The translations under genes were made by a program, and so were the position numbers. A stretch of DNA of 64,000 nt from Hemiscyllium ocellatum. Taxonomy: Eukaryota. The DNA lies in contig NC_083445.1 in assembly GCF_020745735.1 (NCBI RefSeq), positions 9,548,001 to 9,612,000 of the forward strand, given 5' to 3'. Under the pieces are notes generated by a model that had not been told where the DNA came from, searched no databases, and saw only the letters and a program-made list of their open reading frames with translations. Shown here in pieces: positions 51,941-63,950 of this stretch (position 1 is the stretch's first letter; each line of letters begins with the position of its first letter).

Positions 51941-53244
51941 CTGTTGTTGTCTGTCAGATTAGAATACACAATATTTCAACAAGTATTCCAGCTGTCAGTG
52001 TAGGTTAAATAAACAGTAAATTTTTTTTAAAGTAAGATTTGGCATTGCAGCAATGAACTCTTAAGCATGGTGTGTTGACATCTAAAGTGTGCATCAACAG
52101 TGTACTTCTAATCATATTGGGGTAGTGTACAATAGAAAACTTTGCATTTTATATGGAACTTTGTCATGCTACTTATAATGGGGTAAGCACTTGACATATT
52201 TTTCACTTTGATGTGGAATCAAGTTATTTACTAGGCCAGTACAGCTGTTAGATCCCACAAACAGCAGATGGATGAATGGAGAGAAGTGTGATATAATTAC
52301 ATCAGGGAGAATTGTTGGCTGGGACACCCGTGTGTCCCTGCAGCCACTTCCTTACTGACACATTCTCACCTTCAAATAACACTATCTCTGATCTACCAGA
52401 ATGGGAAGTTGGGACCTCAGCTTACCATCTCAGGTGGTGGATGGCAGTGCTGTGCTTTCCTCAGTCCTGTCTGAATGGCGTGCTTGCGTAGCGGAATGGG
52501 ACTTGAATCTGCCAACCTTCAAGAGAGAGAAAAGCACTGGCAGCTGAGACAAACTGCCAAATCTATGGTGCCCAATCAAAGCCAAAGGACATAGGATACC
52601 AATGGACATGAACTATAGGCTTTTCGCTAATTGCCAGCAAAACTGACATTCCGAGCAAAGGATGTTTCCATGCATAGACAGGATTGTGCACGCAGAATGA
52701 TCTTAGATATTAATATTAACAGTGAGTCCATGACATTGTGTCTCTGATTGACATACAACATAAAATATCCCACACAGTGACACAGTGACAAAGCACTGCT
52801 AAAATGACATGATATTTCCTGCTCACACATCCCTCACCTCAATGTATCTGGGTGATATCAGACCCTGAATATTTCAACTACATCAGCTCCAGGCCAAAGT
52901 TGCATGGTAACATTGCCAAAAAAAAACCCATGTCATTCCCTGGGCATGCAGTGACCATAACTTTTCACTGAAGCAAGAGGCAGTGCTGAGAAATTCAGAA
53001 ATATTCAGGAGGCTCAAGTGAAGAGTTTGTGTTTTTTTGGAAAGTTGGGGATGGTATACCAGAGGACAGACCCAGAATAGCCAATGTATTGTTCTTGAGA
53101 ATAGAATGGAGGCTAGAGTTGGAAATGTACTGGTAGTGATAAACTGGTGCTCAGACATTGAGGAGGTGGTTTAAGGACAATGGATAATTGCATCCAGTAG
53201 TCTTACCCGTGATATGTAAGGCGGTGTGCGAACAGCATTGAAGC

Positions 53245-53700
53245 CCTACAATGCAGAAAGAAGCCATTCAGCCAATCATGTCTGCACTGACCCTCCAAAG
53301 AGAACCCCACCCTAACCCACCAAACCTCACATGGAGTTATTAATCATAGCTATCTCACATATCCCTGAACATTCTGGTTAACTTTCATCTTGGCCAATCC
53401 ACCTGCACATCTTTGGAATGTGGAATGAGCCTCATTCCTGAAGAAGGGCTTATGCCCGAAACGCCGATTCTCCTACTCCTCGGATGCTGCCTGGCCTGTT
53501 GCGCTGTTCCAGCACCACACTTTTCAACTCTGGTCTCCAGCATCTTTCTTCTAATGTGGGATGAAACCATAACACCCAGACAAAAACCACATCAACATAG
53601 GGAGAACATGTAAACTCCACACAGACAGTTACTCAAGGTTGAAAATGAACCCAGGTTCCTATCAGTGAGGTAGCTGACTGCTGTGCCACCATGCCACCCC
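53245..53700 (-). mobile_element. HE1-type SINE (diverged), interrupted by a PLE fragment
   Basis: ggagaacatgtaaactccacacagacag...gtgccaccatgccaccc. Confidence 0.75.
53424..53546 (+). mobile_element. Short PLE pLTR fragment (family 1) with a hammerhead motif, nested in an HE1 SINE
   Basis: attc-CTGAAGA-A-GGGC-TTAT-GCCC-GAAA-CGCC-gatt at 53434-53469; cleavage triplet mutated to GCC. Confidence 0.75.
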
Positions 53701-54909
53701 CTGTTTGGGAAATCAGTAAAAACCCATTTGATTCACTAATACTCTTTAAAAAAGGAAATCTACCATGGTTACCTAGTCTGGTCTACATTTGTCTCCAGGG
53801 CTACTGCAACTTTGTTGACTCTTCACTGAAATGACCTAAAGACTATACAGTTCATGGGATGGGCAACAATGACTGGTGATTGTTGACTGGTCTCATGAAA
53901 GAAGAACAAAATCTTAGTGTGGGATAGGAAATGAGCAAAGAAGTCTTGGGTGAATTGGAGTTTGGTTGGAACAAACTTTTTGAGGCCAGGGAAGAGAGAC
54001 TTAGAGGAATTGTGTTTGGTGACAGTGTAACTAAATCTGAAATAAATGCCAAAAGTCTGGTTTATGGAGCAAATTGCACAGCGAAAGTTGAAGTGCTAAA
54101 ACATAGTGGAAATCTCTTCCCCCTTTTTTGAGATTTGTAAACATAAATTAGCCCAACCACATGATTACACATAGTGGGATTAATCTGGAGGATGGGTGCA
54201 AGAGGTCAACCCAGCATGTTTGCTTTGAACTATCAATTTACCAGAGAAAATACATCCCGCGTTTAAACAATATGCCTTTAAGATTCTTGCTCCTTAAAAA
54301 CATAAAAAGAGCATTAAAAACATACAATATATTCTTGGAGTTTAAGGAGGAAATCACAGTGGAAATCCTCCTTCCTCTTGTTCTGATCTCATTCAGAATA
54401 ATCTTGGCTGCTGAGAAGTTATCATTTTTCTGTCTATAATTTACTGTTAATATGGGTCCCTGTAACTGTTTTTATCTTCAGTACAATCACATATTCCTCA
54501 TTTTCCCACCTTCCCTTTTTAAAAGGCATTATCACACACTGGCACCAGTGGCAGCTCCAATACCTCAAGCAAGAGGCCTTTCTTAAGACTGGATCCAAGC
54601 CAATGGAGGATTCATGGTGGAGGGTGGGGAATGGTTGCTAAAACCCTGTATTCCAGTGGAGAAATTTCAAATGAGGGCATCTAATCTTAAAATGAGAGCT
54701 AGGCAGCATTTTATCACACAATTCCTCTACTCAAAACTGGGCGATGCTGAGGGACAATTGGAATTTTGGAAACTGAAAGTAAAAGAGTTTTGTTTGGTTT
54801 AGGATATCAATGGATAATGAACCAGCCCAGGTGGAAAAACACAGTTTGGATGCAGATTCAGCGTAATGGCAGAGGGGGTTCGGAAGGTCTGAATATTGTG
54901 AAATGCTTC

Positions 54910-55059
54910 ACAGTCGAGAGTCTGTGAAGCATTCCTGATGACGGGCTTATGCCTGAATCGTCGATTCTCCTGCTCCTCAGGTGCTGCCTGACCTGCTGTG
55001 CTTTTGCAGCACCACACTCTCAACTCTGATCTCCAGCATCTGCAGTCCTCACTTTCTCC
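54910..55059 (+). mobile_element. Short PLE pLTR insertion (family 1) with a degenerate hammerhead
   Basis: attcCTGATGAcgggcttatgcctGAAtcgtc...gcagtcctcactttctcc; 11-bp TSD tgaaatgcttc (54899-54909 and 55060-55070). Confidence 0.85.
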
Positions 55060-55164
55060 TGAAATGCTTCCCAACCAAGGGATAATCTTTGTGGATGCAG
55101 CCCTGTTATTAAGTATGCAGATGGGAGAGGCAAATTGTACAAAGCAAGGGAAGTACATGACCAT

Positions 55165-55785
55165 CAGAATATAAGAATATAGAAACCATGAACTTAGTAA
55201 CATATTGAGGCAATTTGGACATTCAATAACATCATGGCTAAGCTGGTTGTTATCTCCGCTCCATTTTTCTGTTTGCGCTCCTCCATCCCTCCAGGCCGAC
55301 CATCACCAGTACCCTTGTTCTTGGCTCCCTTGTCTATTAAGAGTCTCATTCAGCCTTGAATAAATTTCAAGATCCAGCTTTCACTACCTTCTGAGCTGAG
55401 AATACCACACCCTAATGACCTCTAAGAGAAAAAAAAACTTGCTATCTTCATTTTAAAAGTGGGACCAGTTATTTAACTAGGGTGAGCCTCCTAGTTCTAG
55501 TCTCCCCCTACAGGAGGAAACATCCTTTCGATATTCCCTCTAACTTCCTTCCTTTCTCCTTAAGATCTCATTTGTTTAAATAAGATCATCTCTAATTCTT
55601 TTAAACTCCAGGAGGTGTAGGGCCAACTTGTTCAATGTTCCTTCACCAGATAACCCCCTCATCCTGAGAATGAGTCATGTCAACCTTCTCTGCACTGATG
55701 CTAATGCAATTATATTCTTTTCAAAGGAACAGATCTAAACTATGCACAGTTGTCCATATATGATCTCATCAAGACCCTGTAGTAA
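55165..55785 (-). mobile_element. Degenerate CR1 fragment
   Basis: agatcatctctaattcttttaaactccagg...aaccttctctgcact; CR1-type tail at the left end. Confidence 0.6.
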
Positions 55786-57549
55786 AACTTCACCAGATAG
55801 TCTGTTTTAAGTGTTGTTGTTTTGGGAGGACAGTTCAATAGGACTGCATGAATAATTTGTTTGACCTCACATAGTGGCATCTTTTATATCCTGTACAGGC
55901 ATTTATGCTTATTCTGTCCTCAGTATCCTTCTCCAGTTTGCAACTTTTGTTAGGAATTGGGTTCCAAGCCCACTTACCTTGTACCCATGTTTACAAATAT
56001 CATTCATCAGCTCCTAGCCTAAACAGTTTCAAGAGAGAAGGTATGACAATTGGGTTTGGTCTTGATCTCACACTGTAAAATCTTCTTCAGGAGATGGCCC
56101 ACTAATCTGAACTTGCACTCTTGTTCCACTAACCAAACCCCTACTTTCTAATCCTGGAAATTGACAGCTCTTCCCATTTCAGAGAAGGCTGCCCATGTGG
56201 AAGAGAGGCTTGCCATAATTCAGAGGCTGAAACTAACACCTACTGCACTGGCAGGCTCAGAGGCACATGGTGTTAGGGGTAGGGGATTGGGCATGGCTAT
56301 ACACGCTGAGCCTTGGTGATGAGTACCTGACTGGGATGGAGTTCGTGAAATCTTTGTTAGGTGTTGAGCTTGCCATGAGGACATGTACATGGTCCTGTAT
56401 ATAGAACTAAATGGACCTCACAGTGCAGATACATCCTGCAGCCCAAGTGGTCAGTATTAGTATTAATTCTCCTCATCAATGTTCTCCTCCATCATTTTAT
56501 AGAAGCCTTCTTGCAGATTCTGCTAGTCCTAGCTCCCTCATGTAGACCTTTACGATACTAATTTGGGTGTTTTTTTTTGTCAAGTCACAGAAACATAGAA
56601 ACCAGGAGCAGGAGTAGGCCAGTCAGCCCTTTGCCTGGTACTGCTATCAATCAGACCATGGCTGATCCTCTATCTCAAAACCATATTTCTGCTTTCTTCT
56701 CAAGCCCCTTGATATCTTTTAAATGCCTTAAAACAGTAAAAAAAATCAGAGATCTTGATTAATTGACATTTAACAATGCTGTTTCTGGTACATGAAATCA
56801 GCTTGTGTGTTCATTGGGGGCATGTTTTGAATCCTCAAATAAGTCAACAGTTGCCTCACCCCTTGTGTCCTCCTGCAGCTCTCAGGGATGGCTGCTCCAA
56901 TTTTGGCTTCTTCCACATCCCCCAATTTCCATTACTCCCACCATAGGTGGCCCTGCCTTCAGCTCCCTCAGTCTTTAGTTTTGGAATTTCCTCCCTGAAT
57001 TACCCTACTTCCAGGTATTTTCTAATCAGCCTGCTCAGGAATATTATGACATACCTCATGAGCTGCTGGGTACTTGGACCTGAACTTCCTGGCTCAGAGG
57101 TTGGGATGCTACCACAGTGCCATGAGAGCTCCTCACTCTGATACACCATTCTATTCCAGTACCATGCTCCTTAAAACCTCACTCTTTGAACAAGCATCTG
57201 ACAGCAATCCTGCGAGACATAAGGGATTACTTCAGCCCAGATGTGCTGTTCCAGATGTGCAGTGGGAGTACAATTTGTAGGCAGGAGGGTTTGCAGTTGT
57301 GATGCTCCACATGGTTGAGATGCCCGCTGATACTCAAGCTGATTAAGCAACAAAAGGCTCATGTTGCCATTGGAGCCAAACACTAGCATGAGCTAATACA
57401 TTAAGAACAGGAAATCAGATGCTCTCATTCTTTGCCGTGGAAGAAGTAGTTCAGCTATGTGAAAACCCTCAGAAAGTAGAGAATCTTACAGTGAGTTTTA
57501 ATGGAGATATTCAAAATTAGAAGTAATTTCCATGGAGTTAGGGGAAATG

Positions 57550-57915
57550 CTGGCATAATGCTAATGCAACTGGACCAGTAATCCAGACACCCAGGCTGAT
57601 GCTTTGGGGACACAGGTTCACATCCCATCCTGGCAACTGGGGGAATTTAAGTGCAATTAATAAAATTTGTAATTTGGCACTAGTCTCAATGACGATGACT
57701 GTGGGCCTGTCATCGATTGTTATAAAAACCCATTTGATTCACTAATGCCCATTGTAGAATCTACCATCTTTACCCAGTCTGGCCTAAATGTGACACCAGA
57801 CTCACAGCAATATGGTTGACTCTTAATTACCCTCTAAAATTGGCTTCTTCATTCAAGGGCTGTTAGAAATAAGTATTGTAACATGTCCCATGAAAGAAGA
57901 AAGAATAAATTAAAA
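57550..57915 (+). mobile_element. SINE family A copy
   Basis: ctggaccagtaatccagacaccc...aaacccatttgattcactaatg...tctggcctaaatgtgacaccagac. Confidence 0.7.
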
Positions 57916-58834
57916 AGGAATCTTCTAGGATTAGAAGTGTCAGCAACCAGGGGAGATTAATTTAAAATAATTGGCAGAAGGACCTGAGGGGAGATGGAAG
58001 ATAATATCGTCACTGAGTGAGAATGGTGCCTGAAAGTATGGTGGAGTTGGATTCAATAGGAACTTTCCAAAGGCAGCTTGATGTGTACTATCGGGAAGGA
58101 GCAAGCTATGGGGTAAGAGCATGAATGAAATAGAATACCCTTAACAGGGTCAGCACAGGTCAAAGGGACATTCAGTAATGGCTTCCTTTGACACTTTAAA
58201 TTCCAGCTGGGGCTCAGAACAAAATTCTGCCATTCTGTCCATCATCCTGACCCCAGGAATTCACATAACAGACCAGATTTGAAGTCAAACCCTTCCTGGA
58301 ACCAGGGAGAAAACAATGATTTCAAAGCAGGATTGTTTCATTCACATGAAAAGTTCCCTTTGCATAGAAATTACTTGCAAACAGGGTGAAGTAATCAATC
58401 TGTCAGTGTCCTGATGGAAGTATATTATTCCAGCAGTTCTGTTGTGAAGTGTGTTTTTTTCCTTCTCACATTGTTGTGGCCTAACAGAACTGCAGCCTGG
58501 AGCCCAAAAGATGCCCTGTCAGCTGCTTAAGCAACTGGCATTAATGGACAAGTAGAATAGAGGATGGTAGAGAAACCTGGTGGGCTAGGTCTTTCCTTAG
58601 CTGGTGGAAATTGAACCATAATAGGTCCACAAAAATGTAAAAGACTTCCTTCGACAGCCTTGCAACATGGTTGAGATCTATACCAATCGCCTTGTATTGA
58701 GCAAGGTGAGTTATGTCAAAGATCAACTTGGTGTGAGAATATGAAAGTACATTGGGAAATTTAATGAAAGGTAATGTGGCTTCATCCATGGGTTTTTAGT
58801 TACTTTAATGGCTGATCTTGTACATAGGTCTGCC

Positions 58835-59090
58835 CAGGAGAATGTAAAAAGGACCTGAGGGGTAACTTTTTATACAGAGGGTGATGCATGTATGGAATGA
58901 GCAACCAGAGGAAGTGTTGGAGGCAGCTACAATTCCAACATTTAAAGGACACCTGGATAGGTATATGAATAGGAATGGTTTAGACAGAAATGGGCGAAAT
59001 GTTGGCAAATGGGACTAGGTTAATTTGAGATATCTCGTCAGCAAGGATGAATTGGACCAAAGGATTTGTTTCCATGCCGTATGACTCTGT
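58835..59090 (+). mobile_element. CR1 (HER1-like) 3' end
   Basis: Reverse-complement homologue of 29800-30060; ends ttggaccaaaggatttgtttccatgccgtatgactct. Confidence 0.75.
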
Positions 59091-60227
59091 GTCTCCACAG
59101 AGTTAAAGTGAACGGGATGAGTCTATTGGCTTTTCCTTTGTCAACTTAACAATTTAATGGCATGATGTTCATGGGTGTTTTGGCAATATAGTCCATATAG
59201 TCCACCAAAATGTGGCAAATTACACCAGACAGAATCAAAAATATTGACTCCTTTCTAAGTGGCTGAAAATCTGAACGGGCTTAAATAATACATGTTGGCT
59301 GCTCCACAACACAGAGATTGCCTCCCAAGAGGCATCAGTGGCACATACTGGGGAACCAACCATTCTTCTTCTCCTCCCTGTGGCATGTGGGGCAGACCCA
59401 AGTATGTGCTGACATCTGTTTTTGTGGCAAGGCTTTCTTGGAACAGGTCATTAGTCTGTACATTGAGAATTACTACTCCACAAAAATAACCATGCTAACC
59501 AAGAAAATCTCTCACCTTTACCACAAGCCATTGGTCTCTTGGATGTTTACAGGTTGATAGTAAGTCAGTTTGGTTGCATTATGCACACACCTCCCTTGGG
59601 CTTCAGTTGGGGAAGGTTCTAAACCAGTGCTTCCAGCTTCGAGACATTCGTGTTACCCACTGTGCTTACAAGACCACCTCCCAACATTTAGGATTTAGTC
59701 AACATTGTTTGGAAACCCCTGCTTTGCTTTGGCACCTTTCAGCTCTCCACTGCAGTGTGGAAAATCTGGCACTCAATCCCTGAAGGGAGCTGCCTACATG
59801 ATTGAAGATGTTGATGTATCACGGACAGTATGGTGTCGAGGCTTCTGTTTGACCATGCTATTTTTGGTCAATATGGTAGTATTTCAGCAGTGCACTGGCG
59901 TAGTGCTCAGTGTGATTCCAAACAGGTTTTGTGGACTGCGATGCATGGAAAAGAAAGCAAGACAAGCCCACTTTGCTACAGAACCCTTGATGACCTTTGC
60001 AGTTCCCTAAGAACCTGACAGTCAGGGAAGTATTTTTGAAATGCAGAGACCTGTAATGTAGGGAGCACAGCTGCCAATTTTCACAAACGCTTCATCAAAT
60101 AGTGAAAGAGAAGTGATCATATCAACATTTTATTTAACTGCCTAAAAGTAACACCAGATCCAAGGTTTGCCTCTTAGTCTCATTCAGGACTGGGACACAA
60201 GAAGCCAGACTTAGAGAGTAACAATTT

Positions 60228-60847
60228 GATTAGATTAGATTAGACTTACAGTGTGGAAACAGGCCCTTCGGCCCAACAAGTCCACACCGACCCGCCGAAG
60301 CGCAACCCACCCATACCCCTACATTTACCCCTTACCTAACACTACGGGCAATTTAGCTTGGCCAATTCACCTGACCCGCACATCTTTGGACTGTGGGAGG
60401 AAACCGGAGCACCCGGAGGAAACCCACGCAGACACGGGGAGAACGTGCAAACTCCACACAGTCAGTCGCCTGAGTCGGGAATTGAACCCGGGTCTACAGG
60501 CGCTGTGAGGCAGCAGTGCTAACCACTGTGCCACCGTGCCGCCCATGACTTACAGTGTGGAAACAGGCCCTTCGGCCCAACAAGTCCACACCGACCCGCC
60601 GAAGCGAAACCCACCCATACCCCTACATTACCCCTTACCTAACACTACGGGCAATTTAGCATGGCCAATTCACCTCACCCGCACATCTTTGGACTGTGGG
60701 AGGAAACCGGAGCACCCGGAGGAAACCCACGCAGACACGGGGAGAACGTGCAAACTCCACACAGTCAGTCGCCTGAGTCGGGAATTGAACCCGGGTCTTC
60801 AGGCGCTGTGAGGCAGCAGTGCTAACCACTGTGCCACCGTGCCGCCC
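60228..60847 (-). mobile_element. Head-to-tail dimer of young HE1-type tRNA-derived V-SINEs
   Basis: Two ~300-bp copies (60228-60544 and 60547-60847) with Pol III A box (TGGCACAGTGG) and B box (GGTTCAATTCC), the V-domain GGAGTTTGCACGTTCTCCCCGTG, and a (TAATC)n tail on the left copy only. Confidence 0.92.
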
Positions 60848-62519
60848 ACTTATACAATCCTGACTTGTTTTATTTACAGAAATCACTGGAGAAACTCAGC
60901 AGGTCTGGCAGCATTTGTGGACAGAGAAACAGAGTTAACGTTTTGGGTCAAGTGACGCAGTTGCTAATTCTTCAGTAATTTTGTTTCAGGTTTTAATTTC
61001 ATTTTAACTTATGTTTTCCGAACTAACCCGCTCAGAGATGCTATGATACACCTCTGGAGCAGGTAGGGACTTGAACCCTGGGTTTCCTAGCTCAGAGGTA
61101 GGGGCACTACCATTGCGCCACAAGAACCTTAGCAATTTTTTTGTTAAGTGATGTCGATCGAGGAGGAGTGTTGGCCAGGATATCGGAGAGAACGATGTCT
61201 AATCTTCCTTCAAATAAAACAGCCTTTTCTGTCCGGTTCACAATATAATCCAGAAGCAGTACCTGCTCAAATAGTCACCTCGTTCTGATACGGGAAGCCT
61301 GCAACCCTGAAGCTGCGGAGAGGACAATGCCTTCCACAGCTCCACAGGTAACGTAGAAACAAATTCCCGCAGCAATGTCCTGTGATCACTTTCAACCCAA
61401 TATCGAATCATGTCTGAAACCCAGCGATTGGCGAGAATTGGCCGAATACAGCCTCCCGGGTCTTGCACCGTTCTATTGTGGACGAATAATGCATCTCTAC
61501 AACTGGGACTGGGTTCTGGTGGTGAGAAACTGTCCTCTGTATTTCTCATTGTGGCCAGACCAGCGTTGACTGGAGAAATCGCTGATTTTCACTGCTTGCA
61601 AATTTTCTCCCCCTCTCTCTTTGGGATTATTTGACAAAAAAAAACTATGAAATTTTATGAATTTATCTGATTTCTGAGTTGAGGATCAAGCAATAAATTG
61701 GTATGTTCCTCTCACATCCTACAACCCCACCAGAAGTATTCGGGGAAAGACAGATGTTGGAGAGATGGTGTATTATTCACAGTGCTGCAAAGATGTAGAC
61801 TAAATGCAATTGGAAACAAAAGTCGGTGAACAGACTGAAGTTAACCCTGAATCCAATCTGGACTATATTTTACTCACTGCAATGACTGGTAAATCCAATT
61901 CTTTCCAAAGGGGCAGATTAAGGTCCGAACTGCCCCTTAGCCCCCCTCTATCCAATGCATCTTCAGGGATGAAGTAAATGACGCCTTGATATTTATTATG
62001 TGAAAGGGAATATGAATCAAAACCAGGCCATTCGGCCCAACCATAATGGCGCTCGTGGACCCTAGCATTCTCCAGTGATCTGCCGTTCACTGATTTTTTT
62101 TTTCGCTTATTGTGGTTTCTTACTCGGTTTCTGCTGCGGGCGATGATATTGGAAGGGTGAAGACACCAGCGGGTTAGATACACAGATTAAATATAATAGA
62201 GAAACTGGGACGCCAACCTGTAATTAGTTTAATTTTTAATTAAGCTGTAATGGACAGGGGAGAGCAGAGTGAGTAATAATTGAGGGCAGCAAACTCTACA
62301 GATGATACCACAGGTTGAGTCTTTCCATCAAAGTGCTGTGTTTAATTACAGCCTACTGAACGGCCACTAATTCGCTGCCTTTTTGGTTTACATTGAGTGC
62401 GCTGAAGTGAGTGTGTGCGAGCGGTTGAAACCAAACAGGTTAAAGGAAAATGGTCCTCGTTAATTCTGGGTCAAAATGCTCTGCCATTGGAGTATTGGGA
62501 CGTTTCTACGTTGTTGGAG

Positions 62520-63950
62520 GTATCTTTGTGGGTATCTGTGGTGATGTTAAAGTATCTCTGTGGAGATGTGGAGAATCCCTGTGAGATGTGGGGTAACTTT
62601 GTAGAAATGTGGGGGTCTCTCTGTGGGGATTGGGGAGTATATATGGGGATGTGATGTATCTCTGTGGGGATGCAGGATACCTCTGTGGGGATGTGGGTTT
62701 ATCTCTATGGGGATGTGGGGTATTCCTGTGGGGATGTGGGATATTTCTGTGTGGATGTGAGGTCTCTTTGTGGGGATGTGGGTATATCTGTGGGAATGTT
62801 AAGTAGCACTGTGGGGATGTGGGGAATCTCTGTGGGGATATGGAGTATCTCTGTGGGAATGTAAAGTAGCTCAGTGGGGATGTGGGGAATCTCTGTGGGA
62901 ATGTTGGGCATATCTGTGGGGATTTGGGGAATCTCTGTGGGGATATAGGGTCTCTCTATGGGGATGTAGTGCAATCTATGGGGATATGGGTTCTCTCTGT
63001 GGGGATGTGGGGGTATCCCTATCAGGATGGGGGTCTCTCTGTGGAGATGTGGGTTGTATCTGTGGGGATGTTTGGTCTCTATAGGGGACGAGGTGTTTTG
63101 CTGTGGGGATGTAGGGTGTCCCTGTGGGGATTTAAGGATATCCATGTGGGAATGTGGGTCATCTCTGTAGGGAAGGGGGTCTCTCTGTGGGGATGGGGTC
63201 CTTCTGTGGGGATGTGGGTTATCTCTGTGGGGATGGGGTTCTCTCTGTGGAAATGGGGGTCTCTCTGTGGGGATGTGGGGTCTCTGTGGGGATGCAGGGT
63301 CTCTCTGTGGGGATGTGAGGATATGCCTTTGGGAATGTGGGTTATCCCTGGGGGATGTGGTGTACCTTTGTGGGGATAGGGGTCTCTCTGTGGGGATGTG
63401 GTGTACCTCTGTGGGGATGTGATACTTTGTGGGGATGTGGGGGTCTCTCTGTGGGATGTGGGGTATCTCTGTGGGAATATGGTTATCTCTACGGAGACGT
63501 TGGTTATTTCTGTGGGGATGACGTGGTCTCTCGTGGGGATGTAGGGGTATCTTTGTGGGGATGTGGTTATCTCTATGGGGATGGGAGTCTCTCTGTGTGG
63601 ATGTGGGGTCTGTCTGTGAGGTTGTGGGGTATCTCTGTGAGGATGTGGGGGTATCTCTGTGGGGATGGGAGTTATCCCTGTGGGGATGTGGTTATCTCTG
63701 TGTAATGCAGAGTATCTTTGTGGGGATCTGGGTTATCTCTGTGGGGATGTAGGGAGTAACCCTGTGGGGATGTCGTGAGTATCTCTGTTGGGATGGGGTT
63801 TATCCCTGTCAGGATGGGGTATCTCTGTAGAGATGTGGGTGTCTCTCTGTAGGGATGTGGAGGTGTCTCTGTGGGGACGTGGGTGTCTCTCTGTAGGGAT
63901 GTAGTGCCTCTCTCTGTGGGGATGTGGAATATCTCTTAGGGGATGGGGGG
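62520..63950. repeat. G-rich minisatellite, ~20-21 bp unit (tctctgtggggatgtgggg)
   Basis: About 1.4 kb, roughly 65-70 diverged copies. Confidence 0.92.

Noticed and set aside
60470-60847. tRNA-like sequences with A/B boxes (also ~27385-27470 and ~61045-61130)
   Set aside because: SINE heads, not complete tRNA cloverleafs.
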